The translations under genes were made by a program, and so were the position numbers. A model generated the notes under the pieces. That model did not search any database. It was given only the letters and a program-made list of their open reading frames with translations, and was not told the DNA's origin. DNA of 64,000 bases from Candidatus Eiseniibacteriota bacterium (GTDB lineage Bacteria > Eisenbacteria > RBG-16-71-46): the NCBI GenBank assembly GCA_038231135.1, contig JBBRLX010000005.1, forward strand, positions 96,001 to 160,000, in the 5' to 3' direction. Position 1 is the first letter of the stretch; the number at the start of each line of letters is the position of its first letter. Positions 28,050-36,761 of this stretch are shown here, one piece after another.

Positions 28050-29480
28050 CTACTGGTAGATCTGCAGGTCCGTGATCGCCGACGGCGGGATCGTGTCGCT
28101 GCCGTTCACGAGCGCGCGGGCGTCGGTGATGTAGGGCTTCACGTCGGAGGTGGTGCCGCAGTTCAGACAGCTCCTGCTCCACGTGCTGTCCCACAGGATC
28201 CGGCGGCCGTCGGGCGATGGTACCGCGTGAGCCTCGCCGGTGTAGGCGCCGATGTCGGTGTGCGTGTGGGCGAACCGCTGCACCTGGTGACTGCCGTCCA
28301 TCTTCACGGCCAGGATCTCATCCGTGTACTTGTCGCCGGGATGGTCGTACCGATACCCGACGTAGACCCACCCCGGGCGATCGTAGTTGCGCGCCGAGAC
28401 GTGATGCGGATTGTCCTCGTTCGCCGGATCGGTGAGCGACGTCACCGCGCCGTCCCTGAGCCGCACCATCGCGACACCGCCCATGAGCTGACCGTTCAGG
28501 ACCTTGCCATGGTTTCCGCAGTGTTCCTGGCCCACCAGTACGTCCTCGTTGTTGTCGAACGGATTGAGCGTGAGATCGGCGTGGCCGAGATCGTAGACAT
28601 AGCCCTTCGCGGGGTCGCCGCCCGAGCAGCGCGGCGCGTTCGCCGGCTCCGGCCGGGGCGTGAGCACCAGCGTCGCGGGATCCACGTCGAACACGCGCGG
28701 ATGGTCGCCCATGTAGCTCACGACCGCGTACCTGCCGGACGCCGAGATCGACACCCAGTCCAGCGTGCAGCCGCCGGCGAGGCCGCACTCATTGATGCTC
28801 ACGGCGGGACCGATCCGCGAGTTGGGATACGGCGCGAACGGCGGCTGGGGATCCATGTCGACCACGAACATCCGCGTGTCGTCGGTGAGCAGGGCATAAC
28901 GCCCGTCGTGCGACATGTTGCCCTCGCTGGGGCCGAAGAAGTCCACCGCGAACGGCAGTGTCCAGGTCCGGGTCTTCACGCAGTTCACCACGTCGAACCA
29001 CATCAGCTCCGTGTGGTTCACGTTGATGCGCTCGTGCGGATGGGCGGGACTGGGATGCCAGCGATCGTCGCTGTGGCTGTAGTTCGAGCACTTGGCATAC
29101 TTGGGCTGATACGTCTGGCCATCGAGCACGATGAAGTCGCCGCCGTTGTCGAGGACGAGCAGGCTCTCGTCCGAGTTCCACGGCTGATCCTTGGAGTAAT
29201 GATCCCGCACCACGCTTGCCCAGGTGCCCGGGACGCCGTTGCCGATCGGGGTTCCGGTGTTGCCGCCGACCCGGGTCACCTTGGTGCCGAACGTCGGCTC
29301 GACGGTGGGGGTGAATCCGAGCGGCTTGGCGGTCAGTGGTTCCGCGAGAATCTTCGCGGAATCCGTGACCATGGTCTGGAACCCGGGATAGTTGGTGGCG
29401 TGCGCGGGCGCGGCACACAGCAGCGCCAGCAGCGGGCTCATCGCGATCCGCGCCAGGATCGTGCGCCGGGAGACCGTCAT
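28050..29480 (-). CDS. Secreted beta-propeller-like protein (standalone paralog of the domain in giant protein 3) with a C-terminal DTIPPSAITDL tail
   Basis: Signal peptide MTVSRR...AAPAHA. PWNSD, SHDGRY and PSPDGRR TolB/WD-like turns. ATGA overlap with the upstream phosphoesterase. Confidence 0.8.
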   Translation of the reverse strand: MTVSRRTILARIAMSPLLALLCAAPAHATNYPGFQTMVTDSAKILAEPLTAKPLGFTPTVEPTFGTKVTRVGGNTGTPIGNGVPGTWASVVRDHYSKDQPWNSDESLLVLDNGGDFIVLDGQTYQPKYAKCSNYSHSDDRWHPSPAHPHERINVNHTELMWFDVVNCVKTRTWTLPFAVDFFGPSEGNMSHDGRYALLTDDTRMFVVDMDPQPPFAPYPNSRIGPAVSINECGLAGGCTLDWVSISASGRYAVVSYMGDHPRVFDVDPATLVLTPRPEPANAPRCSGGDPAKGYVYDLGHADLTLNPFDNNEDVLVGQEHCGNHGKVLNGQLMGGVAMVRLRDGAVTSLTDPANEDNPHHVSARNYDRPGWVYVGYRYDHPGDKYTDEILAVKMDGSHQVQRFAHTHTDIGAYTGEAHAVPSPDGRRILWDSTWSRSCLNCGTTSDVKPYITDARALVNGSDTIPPSAITDLQIYQ

Positions 29481-30838
29481 CGCACCCTCAGGGTCGTCGT
29501 GGTGGCGGGCTTCACGGCGTCCACGACCGAGCCGCCCGCGGACTGAATGACGAAGCTGTCGAGCGCGGTGTTGACCGTGCAGCTCATGTCGTCGTCCGCG
29601 GCGGCGGGGCCGCACAGTTCGGCGCCCTCGATGGTGCCGGCCGTGATGTGCAGGCGCAGCGCCCCGTGGTGGAACGCGCGGAACGCGGTGAACGCCGGGG
29701 GCGGACAGCCGCCGAGCCACTCGCACGCGCTGGTGCCGTCGGTCTCGTGCGACGCGCCGCCTTCGCCGTTCGTGATGTGGACGACGCCGCTCTCCGGGAT
29801 CGTGCGTTCGTAGTTGTGGCTGTGGCCGCACAGGTTGAGCTGGTACTTGGGATGCTTGGCGCCGAGCGCGCCCATGTAGCCGGCGAGCGTGTTGTCGCCG
29901 GGATGATGGCCCGACGAGTACGCGGGGCGATGACCGTACGTCACGATGAACGTGATCTGCGGGTCGGAATCCACCTGCGTCATCAGCGAGTCCGCGCTCT
30001 TCTGCCACGCCGGCCAGGCGCCGCTGAACGGCTCGGGGAACGCGATGAACCGCACGTTGCCGTAGTCGAACCAGTACCAATCCTCGCCGGCGCCGCCGAG
30101 CGCCGGCGCGCCCACGGCGCTGCGCGGGTTCGGAAAATCGAACCGGCCCTTGTAATTCCTGAAGTCGTCCGTGCTCGCGTCCCACTCGTGATTGCCCCAC
30201 CCCGGCATGTACGCCGCGTCGCGGGCCCACGCCATCATGTCGTTGAAGTGCTGGTCCACGTGCGACTGCCCGTGGGCGTTGCCATAGGTGAGGTCGCCCG
30301 CGAGGATCGCGAACTGCGGCTGCTGGCTCGCGATCATGCGCTGCACCGGCCCGATCCAGGTCGGATACGACGTCGAGTCGCCGATGTCGCCCTCGACGCA
30401 GATCACGAAGTCGGACGAGCCGCGCGGAATCATGGTGCGGAACGTGTGGTCCGGGCTGCTGCCGATCTTGTAGTGATAGAGGGTATTCGGCGCGAGGCCT
30501 GTGAGGCGCGCCTCCCAGAATGGTCCCGCGGACGAATACGGCAGCGGGCTGGGTGTCACGGCGGTCGTCGAGCTGCCGTAGGCGGTGGTGGTGCCGTACT
30601 GGATCACGCTCTCGGCGCCGCGCCAGTCGAACGACACCGCGGTGGGGCTGATGAACGTCCAGTGGATCTCGTCGGCGGCCCGGGAGACTGCCGGCGCCAC
30701 GAGGCTGCCGGCCAGCGCGAGCGCGACTGCGCCGGGCTGGAACTTCAGATATCGATGCCATGCCTGGGTATGGACGGCATTGCGGTCGAACACGGGACGC
30801 TCCGATGAACGGGTAGGCGAGACAGGCGAAGGGGCCAC
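29477..30838 (-). CDS. Secreted purple acid phosphatase-like metallophosphoesterase with N-terminal FN3-type domain
   Basis: All five PAP blocks are present: GDIG, GDLTY, GNHE, GHRP, GHSHNYER. FN3 motif LTGLAPNTLYHYKI. Signal peptide ending SRA. Start uncertain. Confidence 0.9.
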   Translation of the reverse strand: MAPSPVSPTRSSERPVFDRNAVHTQAWHRYLKFQPGAVALALAGSLVAPAVSRAADEIHWTFISPTAVSFDWRGAESVIQYGTTTAYGSSTTAVTPSPLPYSSAGPFWEARLTGLAPNTLYHYKIGSSPDHTFRTMIPRGSSDFVICVEGDIGDSTSYPTWIGPVQRMIASQQPQFAILAGDLTYGNAHGQSHVDQHFNDMMAWARDAAYMPGWGNHEWDASTDDFRNYKGRFDFPNPRSAVGAPALGGAGEDWYWFDYGNVRFIAFPEPFSGAWPAWQKSADSLMTQVDSDPQITFIVTYGHRPAYSSGHHPGDNTLAGYMGALGAKHPKYQLNLCGHSHNYERTIPESGVVHITNGEGGASHETDGTSACEWLGGCPPPAFTAFRAFHHGALRLHITAGTIEGAELCGPAAADDDMSCTVNTALDSFVIQSAGGSVVDAVKPATTTTLRVR

Positions 30839-31225
30839 CCGTATTGCAGGTCTGGGGCCTTCCCCTCACCCGGAGCGCCATGGGATGTAATCGCTGTCAC
30901 CGCAATGCATTTGCCGATCCGCGCGGGTTCGGAAATCTGGGCCGGGGCCGTGATTCCCGCGCAGTTCGCACGGCTTCCGGTTGCATGGCGCAACGCCCGG
31001 CACCCGGGCTGGGCCCGGTCCTTAGCCTCCGTCCGGCCTCGAGCTCCCGATGCATTTCGAACGGCGCGTCGTTGCAGGCCGCACGATGTTCCGGGCCGTG
31101 CGATCGCCACGGTATTCGAATATCTCCGCGACAATGCGGGCATCGCGCGGCCAATCGAGGCGATTGATTCGCAGGCATTCCTCTTGCCACTCCGGCCGCG
31201 GTCCAGTCCGTCTGGAGGTACCCCG

Positions 31226-31753
31226 ATGCGTTCCAGCCGCCCGATACCCAGCATTGCAGCCCGCCTCGCGCGTGCACGCCCGTGGCGGCCGCTGCTCGTG
31301 CTGTCGCTCGGCTTCGCGGGGAACTCGTACTTCGCAGCGACGGCCCGCGCCCAGGCCACGGCGCTCGATTCGACGGCGACGGTGACGTGGACCGCGCCCG
31401 GCGACGATGGCGTCACGGGGCGCGCATCCCGGTACGAGCTCAGGATGCGCAATGCCGCGATCGCCGGCACCGATACGCTGTCGTGGTGGAACGCGGCCAC
31501 GGGGGTGCCGGGCATGCCGTCACCGGGCGTGGCGGGCACCGTCGATTCCGTGCTCGTGCACGGGCTCGATCCCACCCACTCCTGGTGGTTCGTCCTCAGG
31601 ACGGCCGACGAGGTGCCGAACTGGTCGGGGTTCTCGAACGTGGCCGTGCGGGCCCCGTACGTCGACACCATCCCGCCCGCCGCGATCGTGGATCTCAGGC
31701 TGGCGGCCACGGCGGCGGCGCCCCCCGGCACGGCCCCGGCCCCCGCCCGCTGA
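31226..31753 (+). CDS. Small secreted fibronectin type III-like protein with a C-terminal DTIPPAAIVDL strand
   Basis: GGAGGT RBS at 31214. Signal peptide ending ARA. VTWTAPGDDG, YELR, GLDP..W.F.LRTADE..NWS..SN motifs. Confidence 0.85.
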   Translation: MRSSRPIPSIAARLARARPWRPLLVLSLGFAGNSYFAATARAQATALDSTATVTWTAPGDDGVTGRASRYELRMRNAAIAGTDTLSWWNAATGVPGMPSPGVAGTVDSVLVHGLDPTHSWWFVLRTADEVPNWSGFSNVAVRAPYVDTIPPAAIVDLRLAATAAAPPGTAPAPAR

Positions 31754-31852
31754 CCCTCGGGCGCTCCCGCGCCGCGCAAGTCCCGGCGGTTGACATATCC
31801 CCGCCCGGAGCCGGATTCTAGCGGGCAGCCGCTGCCCATGCGGTGTGCCGTG

Positions 31853-32767
31853 ATGACCGCTGCGACCCCCCGCCAGGCTGGAGTTCGTGTGTATGAATCC
31901 GTCGTTGCCGCAGGACCGGGCGCCTGCATCCTGTGCGGCTCGTCCGGTGGGGCCATCGTGCTGCGCGAGCCCCCGTTCGTGGGCCGCGAATGTGACTGCG
32001 GGGTCGTCTATATCGACCCGATGCCGTCGAACGTCGACCCCACGCACGATCTGCACGTCGGCGATTACTACCAGATGCCCGCGCGCATGCGGCTCGACTG
32101 GATCCGGAAGTTCCGCGGCCCGTGCCGGCTGCTCGAGGTGGGTGCGGGAGCGGGGCATCTGCTGGCGATGGCGCGGACCGCGGGCTACGACGTCGCCGCG
32201 ATCGAGCCCGACGCGGCGTGCGCGCGACATCTACGGGAGCTGGGAATTCCGGTCGAGCCGTCGCTTGTCGAGGATTCAACGCTGCCGGCGGGCGCTTATG
32301 ACGTGGTGTTCCACGTCGACCTGCTGAGCCACTTCCCCGACCCCGTGCGCGCGCTCGAGGCGATGGCGCGGCTCGCGGCGCCCGACGCGACCGTGTGCTT
32401 CGAGGTCGGCGTGTTCGGAGGCCTGAACCACGCGTGGTATCCGTGGATCGGCCGGCCGGGATTCCCGGAGCATCTGTGGTTCTACTCCGAGCCCGCGATC
32501 CGCACCGTGCTCGCGCGCGCCGGCCTCGAGCCGGTCGGCATCCGGCGGTTCGGGCTGTTTCCCTCGACGATCGTCAGCTCGCTCGGCAAGCGGCTGTTCG
32601 GCACTGTCGCGAGCGAATCCGCGCAGCGCGGTGGCGACGCCGGCCATACCTCGGGATGGGTGCACGCCTACGAACGGTTCCAGTACCTGATCCGCTACCC
32701 GATCGGCGCCTGGGTCCCGGGCTGGGGCCCGCGCGCGCTGTTCGTCGCCGCGCGCCACGCGCGATGA
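31853..32767 (+). CDS. Class I SAM-dependent methyltransferase with N-terminal Cys cluster
   Basis: CILCG...ECDCG, LLEVGAGAGHLL, YDVV..VDLLSHFPDP and PEHLWFYS motifs; a type common in glycan clusters. Start 31838 or 31853. Confidence 0.85.
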   Translation: MTAATPRQAGVRVYESVVAAGPGACILCGSSGGAIVLREPPFVGRECDCGVVYIDPMPSNVDPTHDLHVGDYYQMPARMRLDWIRKFRGPCRLLEVGAGAGHLLAMARTAGYDVAAIEPDAACARHLRELGIPVEPSLVEDSTLPAGAYDVVFHVDLLSHFPDPVRALEAMARLAAPDATVCFEVGVFGGLNHAWYPWIGRPGFPEHLWFYSEPAIRTVLARAGLEPVGIRRFGLFPSTIVSSLGKRLFGTVASESAQRGGDAGHTSGWVHAYERFQYLIRYPIGAWVPGWGPRALFVAARHAR

Positions 32768-34392
32768 GCCCGTCCCGCGCGGATAAGGCTCCGCGGACTC
32801 CCGCGCCGCACGCGGCGTTCTTCGTCCACATGCTGCCGCGCTTCGTCAGCGATTTCGCCGCGCTGGCGAACACGCTCGCCACCCGCGGCACCGTCGACGT
32901 GTTCGCGCCCGTCGCCGAGCCCGGCGCCGCGGCATGGTACAAGCGCCCCGCGGAGCTCGAGGCCGCGGGCCGCGCGCTGGTGCCCGCGGTGACGCTGCGG
33001 GAGCTGCCGCTGCAGCGCGATCACCTGACGCCGCGCGCCATGATCCGCACGTGGCGGCTGGCGTGGCGCGAGGGCCGCCGGCATCCGGACGCCTGGTTCT
33101 TCCTGTGGACCTACATTCCGTTCGCGCTGTGCGGGCTGCCGCTGCGGCTGCAGGGCCGGCGCTGCGTGTTCATGGCCACCGGGCTCGGCAGCGTGTTCGG
33201 CTCCGATACGCCGCGCATGCGGGCACTGCGCCCGTTCGTGAAGCTGCTGTACCGGTTCCTGTTCGGCGCCCCCCACAGCCGGGTGCTGGTGCACAACGTC
33301 GAGGATCGCGCCTACCTGCACGCGAGCCTCGGGATCCGGCTCGAGCACATCCAGGTCACGCCGGGCTGCGGCGTGGATCCCGCCGAATACCCGCGCTGCG
33401 CGCCGCCGCGGCATCCGCGCCCGGTGATCGGCGTGCCGGTGCGGCTGATCGTCGAGAAGGGCGTGGCGGACGCGGTGCGCGCCTCGATGCTGCTGCACGA
33501 GCGCGGCGTGGACCACGAGATGTGGTTCAGCTCCGATCTCGACGCCGGCAATCCCAGCTCGCTGACGGCCGCGGATCTCGAGCGGTTCCGGGCGCTGTCG
33601 TCGTGTGTGCGGTTCCTCGGACACCTGCCCCGCGTCCAGCAGCTCTACACCGACAGCGACATCGTGCTGATCCCCACGCGCTATCGCGAGGGCCTGCCGA
33701 CCGCGCTGCTGGAATCCGCCGCCGTCGGCCGGCCGATCGTCGCCACCGACAACGTGGGCTGCCGCGACTTCATGGTGCACGAGCGCACCGGCCTCGTGGT
33801 GCCGCGGGGCGACGCGCGCGCGATGGCCGACGCGCTCGAACGCCTGATCCGGGATCCCGCGCTCGCCGAGCGCCTGGGGGATCAGGCGCACGAGCACTTC
33901 CTCGCGGGCTTCACGAAGCAGGAGATGGTCGATCGCACACTGGCGCTGCTGGCCGGATATGCTCGGGACGCCGGGGCCACGCGCGAAGTCGTGCCCATGC
34001 GTGAACGCGAGGGGGAGCACGGGATGGAATTCGATCGCTGCAACCTGGCGGAGCTCGAGCTGGAGGACATCGTCGCCCACGGCGGCGAGGGCCGGATCCG
34101 GTTCCGGCGCATCGCCGACGCCGCGTCGCTGGCGGGCGCCTGCGATTTCATGGATATCGCGGAGCTGCCGCCCGGTGCGTCGGTGGGCCGCCACACGCAC
34201 GGCGCAGACGAGGAGGAGTTCTACCTGATCCTGTCGGGCCGGGGGGAGATGTGGCGCGACGGCGCCGCGTTCGACGTGCGCGCGGGCGACCTGATCCGCA
34301 ACCGTCCCGCGGGCAGCCACGGGCTCGTGAACACCGGGGGCGAACCGCTGCGGATGTTCGTGTTCCAGGTGCCGGTGCCGCGGTCCGCATGA
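32764..34392 (+). CDS. GT4 glycosyltransferase fused in frame to a C-terminal cupin domain
   Basis: GT4 part: TGLGSVF, GCGVD, RLIVEKGV, REGLPTALLESAA. Cupin part from about 34024: GRHTHGADEEEFYLILSG and HGLVN. No stop codon between the two parts. Confidence 0.85.
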   Translation: MSPSRADKAPRTPAPHAAFFVHMLPRFVSDFAALANTLATRGTVDVFAPVAEPGAAAWYKRPAELEAAGRALVPAVTLRELPLQRDHLTPRAMIRTWRLAWREGRRHPDAWFFLWTYIPFALCGLPLRLQGRRCVFMATGLGSVFGSDTPRMRALRPFVKLLYRFLFGAPHSRVLVHNVEDRAYLHASLGIRLEHIQVTPGCGVDPAEYPRCAPPRHPRPVIGVPVRLIVEKGVADAVRASMLLHERGVDHEMWFSSDLDAGNPSSLTAADLERFRALSSCVRFLGHLPRVQQLYTDSDIVLIPTRYREGLPTALLESAAVGRPIVATDNVGCRDFMVHERTGLVVPRGDARAMADALERLIRDPALAERLGDQAHEHFLAGFTKQEMVDRTLALLAGYARDAGATREVVPMREREGEHGMEFDRCNLAELELEDIVAHGGEGRIRFRRIADAASLAGACDFMDIAELPPGASVGRHTHGADEEEFYLILSGRGEMWRDGAAFDVRAGDLIRNRPAGSHGLVNTGGEPLRMFVFQVPVPRSA

Positions 34393-35474
34393 GCGTGCTC
34401 GCGCTGGTGATGGCGGGAGGGGGCGGCACCCGCATGCGCAGCTCGGGGGTGACGACTCTCAAGCCGCTCGTCGAGGTACGCGGCGTGCCGCTGATCGAGC
34501 GCAACCTGTGGGCGCTGGCCGGCGCCGGGGTCGACGGGATCGTGGTGTCGTACGCCGCGGGCGGCGCGGCGGTCGAGCACTGGCTCGCCGGGCGCGGCGC
34601 CGCGCTCGGGCACGCGCTCGGCTGGACCGTCGAGGCGCTGATGGAGGCCGAGCCGCTCGGCAACGTGGGTTGCGCGGGACGCCTGGCCGGCCGGGCGGAC
34701 GCGGTGCTCGTGGTCTATGCCGACAACCTGACGCTGATTCCGCTGTCGGCGCTGCTCGATCACCACGCGCGCGCGGGCGCCGCGCTCACGCTCGCCACTC
34801 ACCGCGAGCCGTTCACCATGCCGTTCGGCGAGCTCACGCTGGCGGGCAGCCGTGTCACCGACTACCGGGAGAAACCGGTCGAGTTCCACCAGGTGAGCAG
34901 TGCCGTGTTCGTGCTCGGCCCCATGGCACTCGAGCGACTGGCGAACCGCGGCCCCGCCGGATTGAGCGACCTCACGCGCGAGCTGATCGCCGCGGGCCGG
35001 CACGTCGAGGCGTACGGGCATGACGCGGCGTGGATCGACGTGAACGATGCCGCCGCGCGCAGCCGCGCCGAACACCTCGTGACCGTACAGGGGAACGCGT
35101 TCGAGGCGTGGGCGCCGCGCGTGCACTCGACCCGGGTGGCGTGGATCGGCGTGCACGACGATGCTGTGATCACGGTGGGCCCACTGGGCGCGCCGGAGCT
35201 GCCGGCCGAGATGTGCGAAGACAGTCAGGTCCCTACGGAGGTGCTGGGCATGCTGCGCCGCGAAGCCGGACTCACGACTTCGTCCGCGCCCGCGCCGGTT
35301 GCGCTGGACGATGTCACCGAGCGTGGCACGCTGATGCGGACGATCGCGTTCGTCGAACCCTTGGCGGATCGGCCGCCGGCGAATGCAGCCTCGCGACCCA
35401 CGCCGGTCGCGGAGCTGATGCGGATCCCGGCCATCGCACGCCTGCTGCGGAGGGCTGGTGTCGCCTCCGGATGA
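34389..35474 (+). CDS. Sugar-phosphate nucleotidyltransferase with a C-terminal extension of about 120 aa
   Basis: MAGGGGTRM, KPL, EAEPLGN, YADN, YREKP and WIDVN motifs. ATGA overlap with the upstream gene. Confidence 0.85.
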   Translation: MSVLALVMAGGGGTRMRSSGVTTLKPLVEVRGVPLIERNLWALAGAGVDGIVVSYAAGGAAVEHWLAGRGAALGHALGWTVEALMEAEPLGNVGCAGRLAGRADAVLVVYADNLTLIPLSALLDHHARAGAALTLATHREPFTMPFGELTLAGSRVTDYREKPVEFHQVSSAVFVLGPMALERLANRGPAGLSDLTRELIAAGRHVEAYGHDAAWIDVNDAAARSRAEHLVTVQGNAFEAWAPRVHSTRVAWIGVHDDAVITVGPLGAPELPAEMCEDSQVPTEVLGMLRREAGLTTSSAPAPVALDDVTERGTLMRTIAFVEPLADRPPANAASRPTPVAELMRIPAIARLLRRAGVASG

Positions 35475-36720
35475 GCCTGCGGCGATCGCCACCGTGCGCG
35501 TGGCGATCGTCGGCGGCGGAGCCTACGCCGCACGGCTCGTGGAGCTGCTGGCGGGTACGGCGGGGCTGCCACGTCTCGAGATCACGCTTGTCGCGACGCG
35601 CGCGGATCCGCTTGCGATCATCGCGCGGCACGCGCGCGCGCTCGTCCGCGCGCGACGCCCGGACTGGCGCGTCGAGCACACCACCACGCTCGGGGCGGGT
35701 GTGCGCGCCGCCGCCGCCGTCGTGCTGCTGGTCCGCGTCGGCGGGCTTGCGGCCCGTCACTGGGACGCGACGTTCCCGATGCGCTACGGCCTTGCCGGCG
35801 ACGAGGGGCTGGGCGCCGGCGGCTTCGCGAACGGCTGGCGCACGCTGCCCGTGATGGACGGGATCGCCGATGCCATCGCCGCGTCGACCCCCGGCGCCCG
35901 GGTGCTGAATCTGGTGGCGCCGCTCGGACTCACGACGCGGCTGCTCGTGGAGCGCGGCCTCGCCACGGTGGGCCTGTGCGAGTTGCCCACGACGACGCGC
36001 GACCGGATCGCCGCGAGCGGATCCGACGCGGCGCGCGGGCTCGCCTATGCCGGGCTCAATCATCTCGGGTGGTTCTGGCCGCGGGACGCGGCCGGCCGCC
36101 GCGCGCTGAACGATGCCGTCGAGAGCGGCATCGTGGACCGTGAGACGTACACGGAGTTCGGCTCCGCTCCGCTCCCCTACTTCTACCGCATGTTCCGTCC
36201 CGCGGCCGCGGCGCGCATGGGGCTCACGCCCGATCCGGGCCGCGCGACCACGCTGCTGCATCTGCGCGATCGATTGATGTCGGCCATGGAGCGCGATCCG
36301 GGCGGGGAGCTGCCCGAATTTCGCGAGCGCTCCACGCCGTGGTTCGAACACGCGCTGGTACCGTGGCTCGCGGCCGGCTTCGCCGGTAACGAGCTCCGCA
36401 CGTTCGGCAATGTCGTGAATGGCGACACGGTGCCGGAGTTGCCGGCGGAGACCGTCGTGGAGTTGGAGGTGGACGCCGGGGCGTATGGCATCGCGCCCGT
36501 GGCCTCGGGCGTGCTACCGACCGCAGTGGCGCGCTGTCTCGCTGATGCCGCCCGCGCGGAATCGCTCGCCTATCGCGCGATTCGCGAGCGGGATCGCGCC
36601 GGGATGGCGAGCGCGCTCGAAGCGTTACCGGGAGGCGTTCCCGCGGAGCGCGTGGCGGATCTAGTCCGGGACGTGTGCGACGAGCATCTGGGCGGTTCGG
36701 GTCCGTCGACAGCCGGTTGA
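35458..36720 (+). CDS. Divergent glycoside hydrolase family 4 (NAD+/Mn2+-dependent, 6-phospho-glucosidase-like)
   Basis: VAIVGGGAY, RVGG, GDEGLGAGG, GLCE, YAGLNH and NVVNGDTVPELP..VVE motifs. Confidence 0.85.
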   Translation: MSPPDEPAAIATVRVAIVGGGAYAARLVELLAGTAGLPRLEITLVATRADPLAIIARHARALVRARRPDWRVEHTTTLGAGVRAAAAVVLLVRVGGLAARHWDATFPMRYGLAGDEGLGAGGFANGWRTLPVMDGIADAIAASTPGARVLNLVAPLGLTTRLLVERGLATVGLCELPTTTRDRIAASGSDAARGLAYAGLNHLGWFWPRDAAGRRALNDAVESGIVDRETYTEFGSAPLPYFYRMFRPAAAARMGLTPDPGRATTLLHLRDRLMSAMERDPGGELPEFRERSTPWFEHALVPWLAAGFAGNELRTFGNVVNGDTVPELPAETVVELEVDAGAYGIAPVASGVLPTAVARCLADAARAESLAYRAIRERDRAGMASALEALPGGVPAERVADLVRDVCDEHLGGSGPSTAG

Positions 36721-36761
36721 GGGGTGCGGACTGCGTACGGGCGCCTCCCGACACCAGCGCT

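Noticed and set aside
27195..29546. 783-aa plus-strand ORF
   Set aside because: Only the first ~120 codons after 27237 are protein-like. The rest is off-frame or antisense to the propeller gene.
28050..30881. 943-aa phosphatase-propeller fusion
   Set aside because: The upstream half is an off-frame shadow of the phosphatase. The propeller gene has its own ATG (29480) and signal peptide.
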